Origin: Bacteroidales bacterium
GTDB taxonomy: Bacteria > Bacteroidota > Bacteroidia > Bacteroidales > JBGRPZ01
Length of the DNA stretch: 64,000 bases
Direction of reading: 5' to 3'
Assembly (NCBI GenBank): GCA_041725955.1
Contig: JBGRQE010000006.1
Location: 37,593 to 101,592 of the forward strand
The notes under the pieces are model-generated. The model was not told where the DNA came from, did no database searches, and saw only the letters and a program-made list of their open reading frames with translations. The translations under genes were made by a program, and so were the position numbers. Position 1 is the first letter of the stretch. Each line of letters starts with the position of its first letter. Below are positions 55,608 through 64,000 of the stretch, piece after piece.

Positions 55608-57302
55608 ATGAGAAAAGGAATATTCGCTATTGCTTGTGCATTACTTATCTCTTTTGGATTTGCTTCAAAGGTAAGTGCTTGTACAAATTATATAATTACT
55701 AAGGGGGCAAGTGCAGATGGGTCTGTTCTTTTGAGCTATGCAGCAGATGCACATGTAATTTATGGAGAATTGTATCACTGGCCAGCTGCCGATCATAAGG
55801 TAGGTAGTATGGTTGATGTTTATGAATGGGATACTGGTGATTATTTAGGGAAAATTGAACAAGTACCTCATACCTATAATGTAATAGGTAATATGAACGA
55901 ATTTCAGCTTTCTATTGCTGAAACTACCTATGGTGGTCTTCCAGAATTAGGCAAGAAAAATGGTATCGTTGATTATGGTAGCTTGATATATTTAGCTTTA
56001 CAGCGTTCAAAAACTGCTCGTGAAGCAATTAAAACCATGACTGATCTTGTTGCAAAATATGGTTATGCGTCTTCTGGAGAGTCTTTTTCTATTATAGATA
56101 CCAAAGAAGCATGGATCATGGATCTTATTGGTAAAGGTGAAGGTAAAAAAGGTGCTGTATGGGTTGCTCGTCGTGTTCCTGATGGATATGTTTCTGGTCA
56201 TGCTAATCATGCACGTATTACAACTTTCCCTTTAAACGATCCTGAAAACTGTGTTTATGCTCCTGATGTAATTAGCTTTGCAAGAGAAAAAGGATATTAT
56301 AAAGGAGAAGATAAAGACTTTAGTTTTTCTGATGTTTACAATCCAGTAGATTTTGGTGGTGCACGTTTTTGTGAGATTCGTGTTTGGACCATGTTCAATA
56401 AAGTTAGCGATAACATGGACCAATATTGGGATTATGTTAAAGGTAATATCGAATATAAGAAGACTTTCATGAAAGATGGTAAAGCAAATCCTAATAAATT
56501 TGCTTCTAACCGCATGCCTCTATGGATTAAGCCAAACAGAAAAGTTAGCTTAGACGATATGATGGAATTTATGAGAGATCATCTTGAAGGAACTGAATTA
56601 GATATGTCTAAAGACGCTGGCGCAGGTCCATTTGGATGTCCTTACCGTTGGAGACCATTAACTTGGGAACATAAGGGTAAAAAATATTGTAATGAGCGCG
56701 CTACCGCTACTCAGCAAACTGGATTCTCTTTTGTTGCACAATCTCGTGCAGAACTTCCAAATGAAATTGGTGGAGTTATATGGTTTGGTGTAGATGATGC
56801 TGCAAGTACTGTTTATACTCCTATGTATTCTTCAATGACCAGAGTTCCTGAAACTTGGGCTGTTGGTAATGGTGGTATTATGGATTGGTCAGATAATTCA
56901 GCTTTCTGGATTTTCTCTCAAGTTACCAATTTAGCTTATACTCGTTATAATGTTATTCATCCTGAAATTAGAAAAGCTCAAAGAGAGCTTGAAAACAAAT
57001 TTATGACTTATGCTCCTGCTGTTGAAGCTGGTGCTATGATGTTGTATAAAAAAGATCCTAAATTGGCAGTAAAATATCTTACCGATTATTCTTGTAATAC
57101 AGGAGATCAGGTTGTTGCCGATTGGAAACATCTTTATGAAGAACTATTTATGAAGTATCATGATGGAAACGTTAGAACCCGTCGCCCAGGTCATAAAACT
57201 CCAAAAGTTGAACAGCCAGGATACGATGAGCGTTGGAAAGAAAATGTTGTGAAAGATCATGGTAAACTTCTTGAAATGCCAAAAAGTAAAAAAGGTCACT
57301 AG
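55608..57302 (+). CDS. C69-family dipeptidase (secreted)
   Basis: A signal peptide is followed directly by the nucleophile Cys in SACTNYIITKGASADGS. The protein is 564 aa. Confidence 0.85.
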   Translation: MRKGIFAIACALLISFGFASKVSACTNYIITKGASADGSVLLSYAADAHVIYGELYHWPAADHKVGSMVDVYEWDTGDYLGKIEQVPHTYNVIGNMNEFQLSIAETTYGGLPELGKKNGIVDYGSLIYLALQRSKTAREAIKTMTDLVAKYGYASSGESFSIIDTKEAWIMDLIGKGEGKKGAVWVARRVPDGYVSGHANHARITTFPLNDPENCVYAPDVISFAREKGYYKGEDKDFSFSDVYNPVDFGGARFCEIRVWTMFNKVSDNMDQYWDYVKGNIEYKKTFMKDGKANPNKFASNRMPLWIKPNRKVSLDDMMEFMRDHLEGTELDMSKDAGAGPFGCPYRWRPLTWEHKGKKYCNERATATQQTGFSFVAQSRAELPNEIGGVIWFGVDDAASTVYTPMYSSMTRVPETWAVGNGGIMDWSDNSAFWIFSQVTNLAYTRYNVIHPEIRKAQRELENKFMTYAPAVEAGAMMLYKKDPKLAVKYLTDYSCNTGDQVVADWKHLYEELFMKYHDGNVRTRRPGHKTPKVEQPGYDERWKENVVKDHGKLLEMPKSKKGH

Positions 57303-57358
57303 ATAATAAATGAATTGTGATGCGTATTTAAATCGCAGTTTGTAAAAGACTTTTATAT

Positions 57359-57399
57359 AAGAGGATGTCCATAGTTTTTGGATATCCTCTTGTTTTTTT
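57359..57399 (+). terminator. Rho-independent terminator after the first C69 dipeptidase
   Basis: A 12-bp stem, AAGAGGATGTCC / GGATATCCTCTT, with one G-U pair, followed by TGTTTTTTT. Confidence 0.7.
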
Positions 57400-57652
57400 A
57401 TAAACCTCAAGCACTATAGAAGTGTTATCTTTATAGCATCTTGGTATGTTAAAAACACGCTGGCTTAACAAAAACAATATCCCTTTACTATAGATGCGCT
57501 ATTTACAACTATTTACTCTTCTAAATTAATTCAATCTAAAGATGAATCAAAATAGGCGTTTTTTTGTATATTCGCATGTACTACGAAAACTTTTCGGGGG
57601 AAAAAGAAATTCTTCATGTTTCCCATGTGTTAAATTCAGAAGGATATACGTT

Positions 57653-58564
57653 ATGATAAATAAAATGATCGCCTCTATGTTGCCGCTTATGCCTAAAGGA
57701 TTAGTTTGGCAATTTTCAAAAAGATATATAGCAGGAAAATCTATTCAGGATGCAATCAAAGCATCTCAAGACCTAAATAAGGATAATATAAAAGTTACTA
57801 TTGATCTACTGGGAGAGTTTATTACCAAGTTAGAAGAAGCAGAGGCCAATAAAAAGACCTATATCGAAATTATTGAAACTATTGAAGCTGCAAAGATAGA
57901 TGGTAATTATTCTCTGAAACCAACTATGTTTGGCCTACTTATAGATGAAGAAGAGTGTTATAAGCATGTCCGTGAAATTGTAGCTAAGGCTGCACAGTAC
58001 AATAACTTTGTACGAATAGATATGGAAGACTCACAATGTGTAGATATTGAAATTGATATCTATAATAGAGTAAAAAAGGAATTTCCAAATCATGTAGGTC
58101 TGGTTTTACAGGCATATTTGCATAGAACGTTAGATGATATCAAAGACTTTAATGGTAAGTATAAATCGAATGTTCGTCATAATTTCCGCCTGTGTAAAGG
58201 TATTTATGTAGAACCTAAAGAGATTGCTTACAAAAAGTATGAAAAAATTAATCAGTGCTTTTTGGAAGATTTAGAGTATATGTTCCAGAAAGGAATGTAT
58301 CCTGCAATAGCTACTCACGACCGACCATTGGTGGAGGGAGCGATGAAACTTATTGAAAAATATAATGTTCCAAAGGATAAATATGAGTTTCAGATGCTAT
58401 ATGGAGTAACTCCGGATTTAAGAAAAAAAGTTACTTCTGCAGGACATACAATGCGAATTTATGTTCCTTACGGTATGCAATGGTTTGCATATTCAACCAG
58501 AAGACTAAAGGAAAATCCAGGAATGGCTAGTCATATTATTAAGGCTCTCTTTATCAGAGGGTAG
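57653..58564 (+). CDS. Proline dehydrogenase family protein
   Basis: It has the C-terminal signature YVPYGMQWFAYSTRRLKENP and FQMLYG. I placed the start at the internal Met (MINKMIAS...), with coordinates derived from the ORF-track frame. Confidence 0.8.
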   Translation: MINKMIASMLPLMPKGLVWQFSKRYIAGKSIQDAIKASQDLNKDNIKVTIDLLGEFITKLEEAEANKKTYIEIIETIEAAKIDGNYSLKPTMFGLLIDEEECYKHVREIVAKAAQYNNFVRIDMEDSQCVDIEIDIYNRVKKEFPNHVGLVLQAYLHRTLDDIKDFNGKYKSNVRHNFRLCKGIYVEPKEIAYKKYEKINQCFLEDLEYMFQKGMYPAIATHDRPLVEGAMKLIEKYNVPKDKYEFQMLYGVTPDLRKKVTSAGHTMRIYVPYGMQWFAYSTRRLKENPGMASHIIKALFIRG

Positions 58565-58592
58565 GGTTCGGTAGTAGTGAAAAGATATTTAG

Positions 58593-58622
58593 AGAGGAAG
58601 CCGTGTTGTTTCCTCTTTTTTT
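58593..58622 (+). terminator. Hairpin terminator after the proline dehydrogenase gene
   Basis: The stem AGAGGAA ... TTCCTCT is followed by a T-run. Confidence 0.6.
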
Positions 58623-58671
58623 GTTTATTTTTCTTGCATTAATCAATTTCCTTATCTTTCTTTGCAGGAAG

Positions 58672-58679
58672 TATATTTG
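58672..58679 (+). promoter_or_regulatory. -7 promoter box TATATTTG
   Basis: It matches TAnnTTTG and lies upstream of the ATG at 58752. Confidence 0.35.
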
Positions 58680-58751
58680 TTTCTCAAAAACTAAAAATCT
58701 GGCACATTATTTGAGATACCATTCTAAAAACAACTATCAAATTTTTGCTTT

Positions 58752-59345
58752 ATGAAGAATTTTATTCCCCGCATCTTAATGCTCGTTTTATTAATTGCTG
58801 CTGTTTCAACTTGTACAACCAGAAAAGTTCAAAGAGTTTCAGCCAATACTCAAATTGATTTAAGTGGTAGATGGAATAGTACCGATGCTCAACAAACTGC
58901 TGATGCAATGATTGGACAGGCTTTAGGCGAGAGATGGCTTCCTGAGTTTACACAACAAAGTCAAGGAAAACGTCCTGTCGTAATTGTTGGTTTTGTAAAG
59001 AATAATACCTCAGAACATATAGATTCTGAAGTTTTTCTTAAAGATCTTGAAAAGTCTTTTATTAATAGTGGTCGTGTTCGCCTTGTTCAGGGAGGACAGC
59101 AACGTGAAGAAATTAGAGCAGAAAGAGCCGATCAACAAAATTTTTCTTCTCAAGTTACTATGAAGAAATGGGGAAGAGAAGTTGGTGCAGACTTTATGCT
59201 TCAGGGAACCATGAGTTCAATTACTGATGCTTACAAAAAAGAAAAAGTAATTTATTATCAAATTGATCTTACCTTAACCAATTTGGAAACCAATGAAGTG
59301 GTTTGGATTGGTGATAAGAAGATTAAGAAATATATAACAAACTAA
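58752..59345 (+). CDS. LpoB-like lipoprotein (penicillin-binding protein activator family)
   Basis: It has a lipobox (AAVSTC), the LpoB-type core DLSGRWNSTDAQQTADAMIGQ ... PVVIVGFVKNNTSEHIDSEVF ... GADFMLQGTM, and is 197 aa. Confidence 0.65.
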   Translation: MKNFIPRILMLVLLIAAVSTCTTRKVQRVSANTQIDLSGRWNSTDAQQTADAMIGQALGERWLPEFTQQSQGKRPVVIVGFVKNNTSEHIDSEVFLKDLEKSFINSGRVRLVQGGQQREEIRAERADQQNFSSQVTMKKWGREVGADFMLQGTMSSITDAYKKEKVIYYQIDLTLTNLETNEVVWIGDKKIKKYITN

Positions 59346-59450
59346 TTTTTTGTAAAGAATAGGCTTTTGTAAAAGAGGTTTCAATATTAGGATTCCTACT
59401 TCTGCAAAAGCCTCTTTTTAATTTTCTATCCCATTTCAAATTCATCTAAA

Positions 59451-60845
59451 ATGCTTAAGACTATACGATTTCTTTCTCTTTTTGGGATATTGATCTTTTT
59501 CACCTCTTGTGCCACCTATTATCAAAAGAATGCGAAATTCCAATCGGAAATTGGTAAAGGGCAGTTCGAAAAAGCTCAGGTTATTCTTAATAAAAATAAA
59601 AAAGGCCCTACAGGTAAAAATAAGGTTCTGTATTATATGAATGATGGCTGGGTAAAGTATATGCTCAGAAATTATAAAGGAAGTATACAAAGTTTTGAAA
59701 CTGCAAATAACCTGATTGCTGATCAACAGAAAAATTATGCAATGAGTGCATTGACTCTTCTTACCAATCCCATGATTCTTCCTTATGAGGCTAGTGATGT
59801 AGAAGATGTAATGATCAATTATTATAAATCATTGAGCTTTTTATTCCAAAATGATAGACAAGGAGCTCTGATCGAGGCACGCCAGATTACCAATAAGTTG
59901 TATGCTATTAACGATAAGTATAAAAAATATAAGAATCATTATTCAGATGATGCTTTTGCTCACGTATTGATTGGTTTAATATACGAAGCTTCTCGAAATT
60001 ATAATGATGCATTTATTGCTTATCGAAATGCTCTTAAGGTTTATGAAGATGTGTATGAAAATAATTTTGGTTTTGGAGCTCCTGAGCAACTAAAAAAAGA
60101 TATTCTTCGTACTGCTTCTTTTACCGGTTTTCATTCTGAAAAAGAGTTCTATGAGAAGAAGTTTGGGATGACTTATAAAAAAGATAATCATGATGGAGGC
60201 TATGTAGTCTTTTTATGGGAAAATGGATTTGGACCTGTGAAGGATGAATGGAGTATCAATTTTACGGTAGTAAAAGGTGTTGGTGGAGCAGTAGTTTTTG
60301 AAAATGAGGAACTAGGCTTAAGCTTTCCTTTTGTTGCACCTCCAGGAAGTGGTTCTGGCAGTTTTGGAGATTTAAATATTGTAAGAGTAGCTTTTCCAAA
60401 GTATCTTGAAAGAAAACCAATATTTACTTCTGCGTATTGCCAAATCAATGATAAGAAATATAACCTAGAGCTTGCAGAGGATTTAAATGCTATTGAATTC
60501 AAAACTCTTAATGATAAAATGTTACGTACTCTGGCAAGTAGTTTACTACGATTGGCAACAAAGAAAGCTGTTGAATATGTAGCTCGTAAAGAGAACGAAA
60601 ATGTAGGTGCGGCTTTAGGTCTGATTAATGCTATTACCGAAAAGGCCGATACCCGAAATTGGCAAACCTTGCCTCATGGCATTTCTTATGTTCGTATTCC
60701 TGTTCCTGCCGGAGAATCAAATTTGCATTTTGTTACTTCCGGTCCTGAAGGTCAGCAAGAACATGATATTCCAATTTCAGTAAGTAAAGGAAATACTATA
60801 TTCTATGATTTTAGGTCGTTAGAAAGTTATCCGGCTTCTAATTAG
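59451..60845 (+). CDS. Hypothetical lipoprotein with TPR-like N-terminal half (COG3014-like by recall)
   Basis: It has a lipobox (IFFTSC), is 464 aa, and sits immediately downstream of the LpoB-like gene. Confidence 0.5.
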   Translation: MLKTIRFLSLFGILIFFTSCATYYQKNAKFQSEIGKGQFEKAQVILNKNKKGPTGKNKVLYYMNDGWVKYMLRNYKGSIQSFETANNLIADQQKNYAMSALTLLTNPMILPYEASDVEDVMINYYKSLSFLFQNDRQGALIEARQITNKLYAINDKYKKYKNHYSDDAFAHVLIGLIYEASRNYNDAFIAYRNALKVYEDVYENNFGFGAPEQLKKDILRTASFTGFHSEKEFYEKKFGMTYKKDNHDGGYVVFLWENGFGPVKDEWSINFTVVKGVGGAVVFENEELGLSFPFVAPPGSGSGSFGDLNIVRVAFPKYLERKPIFTSAYCQINDKKYNLELAEDLNAIEFKTLNDKMLRTLASSLLRLATKKAVEYVARKENENVGAALGLINAITEKADTRNWQTLPHGISYVRIPVPAGESNLHFVTSGPEGQQEHDIPISVSKGNTIFYDFRSLESYPASN

Positions 60846-60879
60846 TAAAAGATCTGGAACTTATACACTTATTTATATG

Positions 60880-60916
60880 GCAGGCAGGGATTTTATTCCT
60901 GCCTGCTTTGTTGTTT
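60880..60916 (+). terminator. Hairpin terminator
   Basis: A 9-bp stem, GCAGGCAGG / CCTGCCTGC, followed by TTTGTTGTTT. Confidence 0.6.
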
Positions 60917-60979
60917 AAACATCTTAAAAATCATTATATTAGTGCCCTTAATTTCTTTTTAAAACTAAGATTATCAAAA

Positions 60980-62578
60980 ATGAAAATTCGATTTGTTTTC
61001 CTTGCCTGGATTTGTAGTCTCGGTATTCAGGGAGTAAAAGCTCAGGTAGATAAAAGTGATTGGCAAAGTGGAGTTCCCGAAGCTTGTACCAGTATAACTG
61101 TAGGTAAAAATGCTAGCTTTGATGGTTCAGTAATGACTTCTCATACCGACGATAGTCATAGAACCAGGTCGTGGATGGATATTATTCCTGCACAAGATCA
61201 TAAAAAAGGTGAAACAGTTCAAATGTATAAACGTGTTGCAAGTGATAGCTTGGCAATGCCTACATATAAGCATATTCCAATAGGAAGTATTCCTCAGGTA
61301 AAACATACCTATTCCTATATTAATACTGCCTACCCATGTATGAATGAATATCAGTTGGGAATTGGTGAATCTACTTTTGGTGGTCGCGAAGAATTACAAT
61401 CAGATAATGGTTTGATCGATTGTCAGCGTCTATGTAAATTGATGCTTGAAAGATGCAAAACTGCTCGTGAGGCTATAAAAATGGCTGATTCATTGATGAT
61501 GATTTATGGTTGGAACGATGCCGGAGAGGCTCTTACTATTGCTGACACCAAAGAAGTTTGGCATTTGGAAATTGTTGGTCCTGGCAAAGGAAAAAAAGGT
61601 GCAGTTTGGGTTGCTCAACGTGTTCCGGATAATCACGTTGCTGTAAATGCAAATGCAAGTACTATTCAAGAGATTGATTTAAATAATCCAGACTATTTTA
61701 TGGCATCAAAGAACATCTTTGATGTGGCTAAAGAAAATGGTTTCTGGAATCCAGATAAAGAAACTTTTCGTTTTTGTTATGTCTATAATCCAGAAGGAAG
61801 AAGAACATTTGCCTCTCGTCGCCGCGAATGGAGAGTATTAAGTTTAATGGCTCCTTCATTGAATTTAGATCCAAATGGTGAGGTTTTCCCTTTCTCTGTT
61901 ATGCCTGATAAAAAGGTAACTCTAGAGAAAATGCATTCGATCTTTGCCGATTATTACGAGAATACCGAGTATGATATGACTAAAACTCTGCTTGTTCCAG
62001 ATAAAGATGGAAAAATGGTTAAATCGCCATTGGCAAATCCTTTTATGCCTTACGATATGAATAAACTTCTTCGTATTAATGGTGGATGGAACGAATTGGG
62101 AGAAAGAACTATTGCCAGATGGTATACCATGTATGCTACAATCATTCAGTGTAGAGAATGGTTGCCTAATGCCATTGGAGGTATTGTTTGGATTGCTCAA
62201 GATAATGTAGCTTCTTCAATCTATGTGCCTGTTTATTGTCAAGATACTGATGTTGCAGCAGCTTATAAAGTGCCAGGAAGACCAAATGGATATACTCGTG
62301 AATCGGCATGGTGGGCTTTTAACAGATTAGGAAGCTTGGCGGCTCAAAGATGGGGTGATATGCGTCATGATTTGGATAGAGTTTGGGGACCAATGCAGAA
62401 AGAAGTTTTTGATAATCAAAAAGAAATTGATAAAAAAGCATTGGAGTTATATAAAAAGAAACCTGCTAAGGCAATTAAGTTTTTAAGTGACTATAGTATT
62501 CAATGGGGTGATAAGGTTGTTGAGAGAGCATGGAAGCTTGGTGATGAGCTTTGGACTAAGTATGATGAAAAATTTTAA
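60980..62578 (+). CDS. C69-family dipeptidase (secreted), paralog of 55608..57302
   Basis: It has a signal peptide and then the nucleophile in EACTSITVGKNASFDGS. It shares the blocks KTAREAIK, GKGKKGAVWVAQRVPD and GGIVWIAQDN with the paralog. I prefer the ATG at 60980. Confidence 0.85.
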   Translation: MKIRFVFLAWICSLGIQGVKAQVDKSDWQSGVPEACTSITVGKNASFDGSVMTSHTDDSHRTRSWMDIIPAQDHKKGETVQMYKRVASDSLAMPTYKHIPIGSIPQVKHTYSYINTAYPCMNEYQLGIGESTFGGREELQSDNGLIDCQRLCKLMLERCKTAREAIKMADSLMMIYGWNDAGEALTIADTKEVWHLEIVGPGKGKKGAVWVAQRVPDNHVAVNANASTIQEIDLNNPDYFMASKNIFDVAKENGFWNPDKETFRFCYVYNPEGRRTFASRRREWRVLSLMAPSLNLDPNGEVFPFSVMPDKKVTLEKMHSIFADYYENTEYDMTKTLLVPDKDGKMVKSPLANPFMPYDMNKLLRINGGWNELGERTIARWYTMYATIIQCREWLPNAIGGIVWIAQDNVASSIYVPVYCQDTDVAAAYKVPGRPNGYTRESAWWAFNRLGSLAAQRWGDMRHDLDRVWGPMQKEVFDNQKEIDKKALELYKKKPAKAIKFLSDYSIQWGDKVVERAWKLGDELWTKYDEKF

Positions 62579-62682
62579 ATTTTTTTTTATTCAAATACAA
62601 CCATTCTAAAAATATAGTTCCCTTTAAAGTGGAACCAAATGCCAAGATATTGAACTTGGCCCAATATTTATCTGAAGACTAT

Positions 62683-62724
62683 ACAATCAGTCAGGTTAAC
62701 CCTCTTGGCTGATTGTTTTTTTTT
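62683..62724 (+). terminator. Rho-independent terminator after the second C69 dipeptidase
   Basis: A 10-bp stem, ACAATCAGTC / GGCTGATTGT, followed by T9. Confidence 0.7.
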
Positions 62725-62832
62725 ACATATTGATATGTATCCGTATTTATAGAATTCCTTAAGTGATACATTAATCTATTATTTTTGCCTTATATCTATA
62801 TACTCATTTTTTACGATTACGTTTATCATATT

Positions 62833-63645
62833 ATGGAAGAAAAAAACAAGAAAGATAACCTTCGTATTAGTTTGGTTCAAGCCCATTTAGTGTGGGAAAA
62901 TCCGGAAAAGAATTTTGACAATTTTGATAAAGAGCTTTCTCCTTTACAAGGAAAAACCGATCTTATTATTCTTCCCGAGATGTTTAATACTGGTTTTTCT
63001 GTGCATCCAAGTGATATTGCAGAATCTATGGATGGTCCATCGGTTAACTATCTAAAGAAAAAATCTGTTGAACTAAATGCTGCTATTATAGCAAGTATTA
63101 TTATAGAAGAAGAGGCAAAGTATTATAATCGCCTGATTTATGCTACTCCTGATGGTGTTATTGAATATTATGATAAAAAACATCTCTTTAGAATGGGTGG
63201 CGAACATCATCGTTTTGAAGCAGGAACAGATACCCTTGTTGTAAAGTGTAAAGGATGGAAAATAATGCCTTTAATATGTTATGATTTGCGCTTTCCGGTG
63301 TGGGCAAGAAACTATTATAAAGAAGAACAGTATAAGTACGATTTGTTGGTTTATATAGCCAATTGGCCTGCGCCACGATCTACGCCATGGAAAACACTAT
63401 TGCAAGCCCGCGCTATAGAAAATCAATGTTTCGTTGCAGGAGTAAATCGTGTTGGTGAAGATGGTAATAATTTGCAATATTCAGGCGATTCTGCTTTAAT
63501 TGATGCAAAAGGAAATGTTATTTCTTCCATAAAGCCTCACGAAGTAAAAATAGAAACTATAGTTGTTCGACTTGAAGAATTAACTGATTTTAGAAAAAAG
63601 TTTCATCTGGGATTAGATTGGGATTCTTTTACCATTGAAAATTAA
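62833..63645 (+). CDS. Carbon-nitrogen hydrolase family amidohydrolase (omega-amidase YafV-like)
   Basis: The catalytic triad context is LPEMFNTGF (Glu), KKHLF (Lys) and PLICYDLRFP (Cys). I prefer the ATG at 62833. Confidence 0.8.
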   Translation: MEEKNKKDNLRISLVQAHLVWENPEKNFDNFDKELSPLQGKTDLIILPEMFNTGFSVHPSDIAESMDGPSVNYLKKKSVELNAAIIASIIIEEEAKYYNRLIYATPDGVIEYYDKKHLFRMGGEHHRFEAGTDTLVVKCKGWKIMPLICYDLRFPVWARNYYKEEQYKYDLLVYIANWPAPRSTPWKTLLQARAIENQCFVAGVNRVGEDGNNLQYSGDSALIDAKGNVISSIKPHEVKIETIVVRLEELTDFRKKFHLGLDWDSFTIEN

Positions 63646-63887
63646 AGTTCTTTTCTTCAAAGAATATTATAACTTTATAAGTGAGTCGAAAAGTTTTACT
63701 ATAACTTTAACCGACTAAGCTAAAATTGCTGCAAAAGCAAAGAAATGTTTGTCTTACACCTTTATATACCATACTATTATTTTAAAATAAGACCATAAAA
63801 AAATCAATTTAAGAGAATAATTGTCGGGTGTAAATTGTTTTAAATTCTTTGCTATTATTAATTTTTTGGCATCTAGTACTTTAATTT

Positions 63888-63895
63888 TAAATTTG
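63888..63895 (+). promoter_or_regulatory. -7 promoter box TAAATTTG
   Basis: It matches TAnnTTTG and ends 23 nt upstream of the ATG at 63919. Confidence 0.45.
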
Positions 63896-63918
63896 CGGTT
63901 TCCCAAAAATTAGGTAAA

Positions 63919-64000
63919 ATGGATATTATTATTGCAGGAGATGGAGAAGTGGGTTTGCATCTTGCTAAATCATTAGCAAATGAGAATCACAATATCACCA
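63919..64000 (+). CDS. trkA: Trk potassium uptake protein TrkA, first 27 codons (runs off the right edge)
   Basis: Hand translation gives MDIIIAGDGEVGLHLAKSLANENHNIT, a Rossmann GxGxxG N-terminus typical of TrkA. Confidence 0.6.
   Translation, partial: MDIIIAGDGEVGLHLAKSLANENHNIT

Noticed and set aside
57590-57612. Possible frameshift at a G5/A-run. My manual codon reading here went out of frame relative to the track translation.
   Set aside because: I cannot count homopolymers reliably by eye. The site also lies in the rejected 5' extension upstream of the preferred start at 57653, so it has no bearing on the gene call.
59442-59726. Track ORF of 94 aa on the minus strand.
   Set aside because: It is antisense to the 5' end of the 59451..60845 lipoprotein gene, which has a proper ATG and lipobox.

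Overview
This window looks like a low-GC Bacteroidota chromosome segment. Three things support that: many proteins end in a T9SS (Por-type) C-terminal sorting domain, TAnnTTTG -7 promoter boxes sit upstream of genes, and a GldE/CorC-type gene is present. Most of the window is housekeeping: ahcY (partial), rmlA/rmlC, a sigma-54 two-component pair followed by mrdA-rodA, tRNA-Phe, coaX, lptC, a PpiD-like chaperone, gatA, rlmI, leuS, proline dehydrogenase, an LpoB-like protein and trkA (partial). Accessory content includes two S8 proteases and four other predicted T9SS cargo proteins, three of which are tandem paralogs. It also includes GH125 and GH3 glycosidases, two C69 dipeptidases and two tandem AraC paralogs. 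I found no transposase, integrase, CRISPR array or prophage gene. The most interesting locus is about 40.5-43.2 kb. It holds two tandem 58-codon genes that are absent from the ORF track because they fall below its length cutoff and are masked by an antisense ORF call. They encode peptides with a Bacteroidota RiPP/bacteriocin-like leader and a hydrophobic C-terminal half, with four conserved cysteines in all (one in the leader, three in the C-terminal half). Immediately upstream on the same strand is a two-gene lipoprotein operon: a CxxC thioredoxin-fold-like protein plus a roughly 390-aa AT-rich lipoprotein. No recognisable RiPP maturase or C39 exporter is in the window. Other points worth a second look are a stand-alone class III cyclase-like protein almost abutting rlmI, and three separate intergenic tandem arrays with a period of about 22-24 bp. 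One of these arrays carries nine copies of AGGAGG. All calls come from reading the sequence and recalling family motifs; no database search was run.
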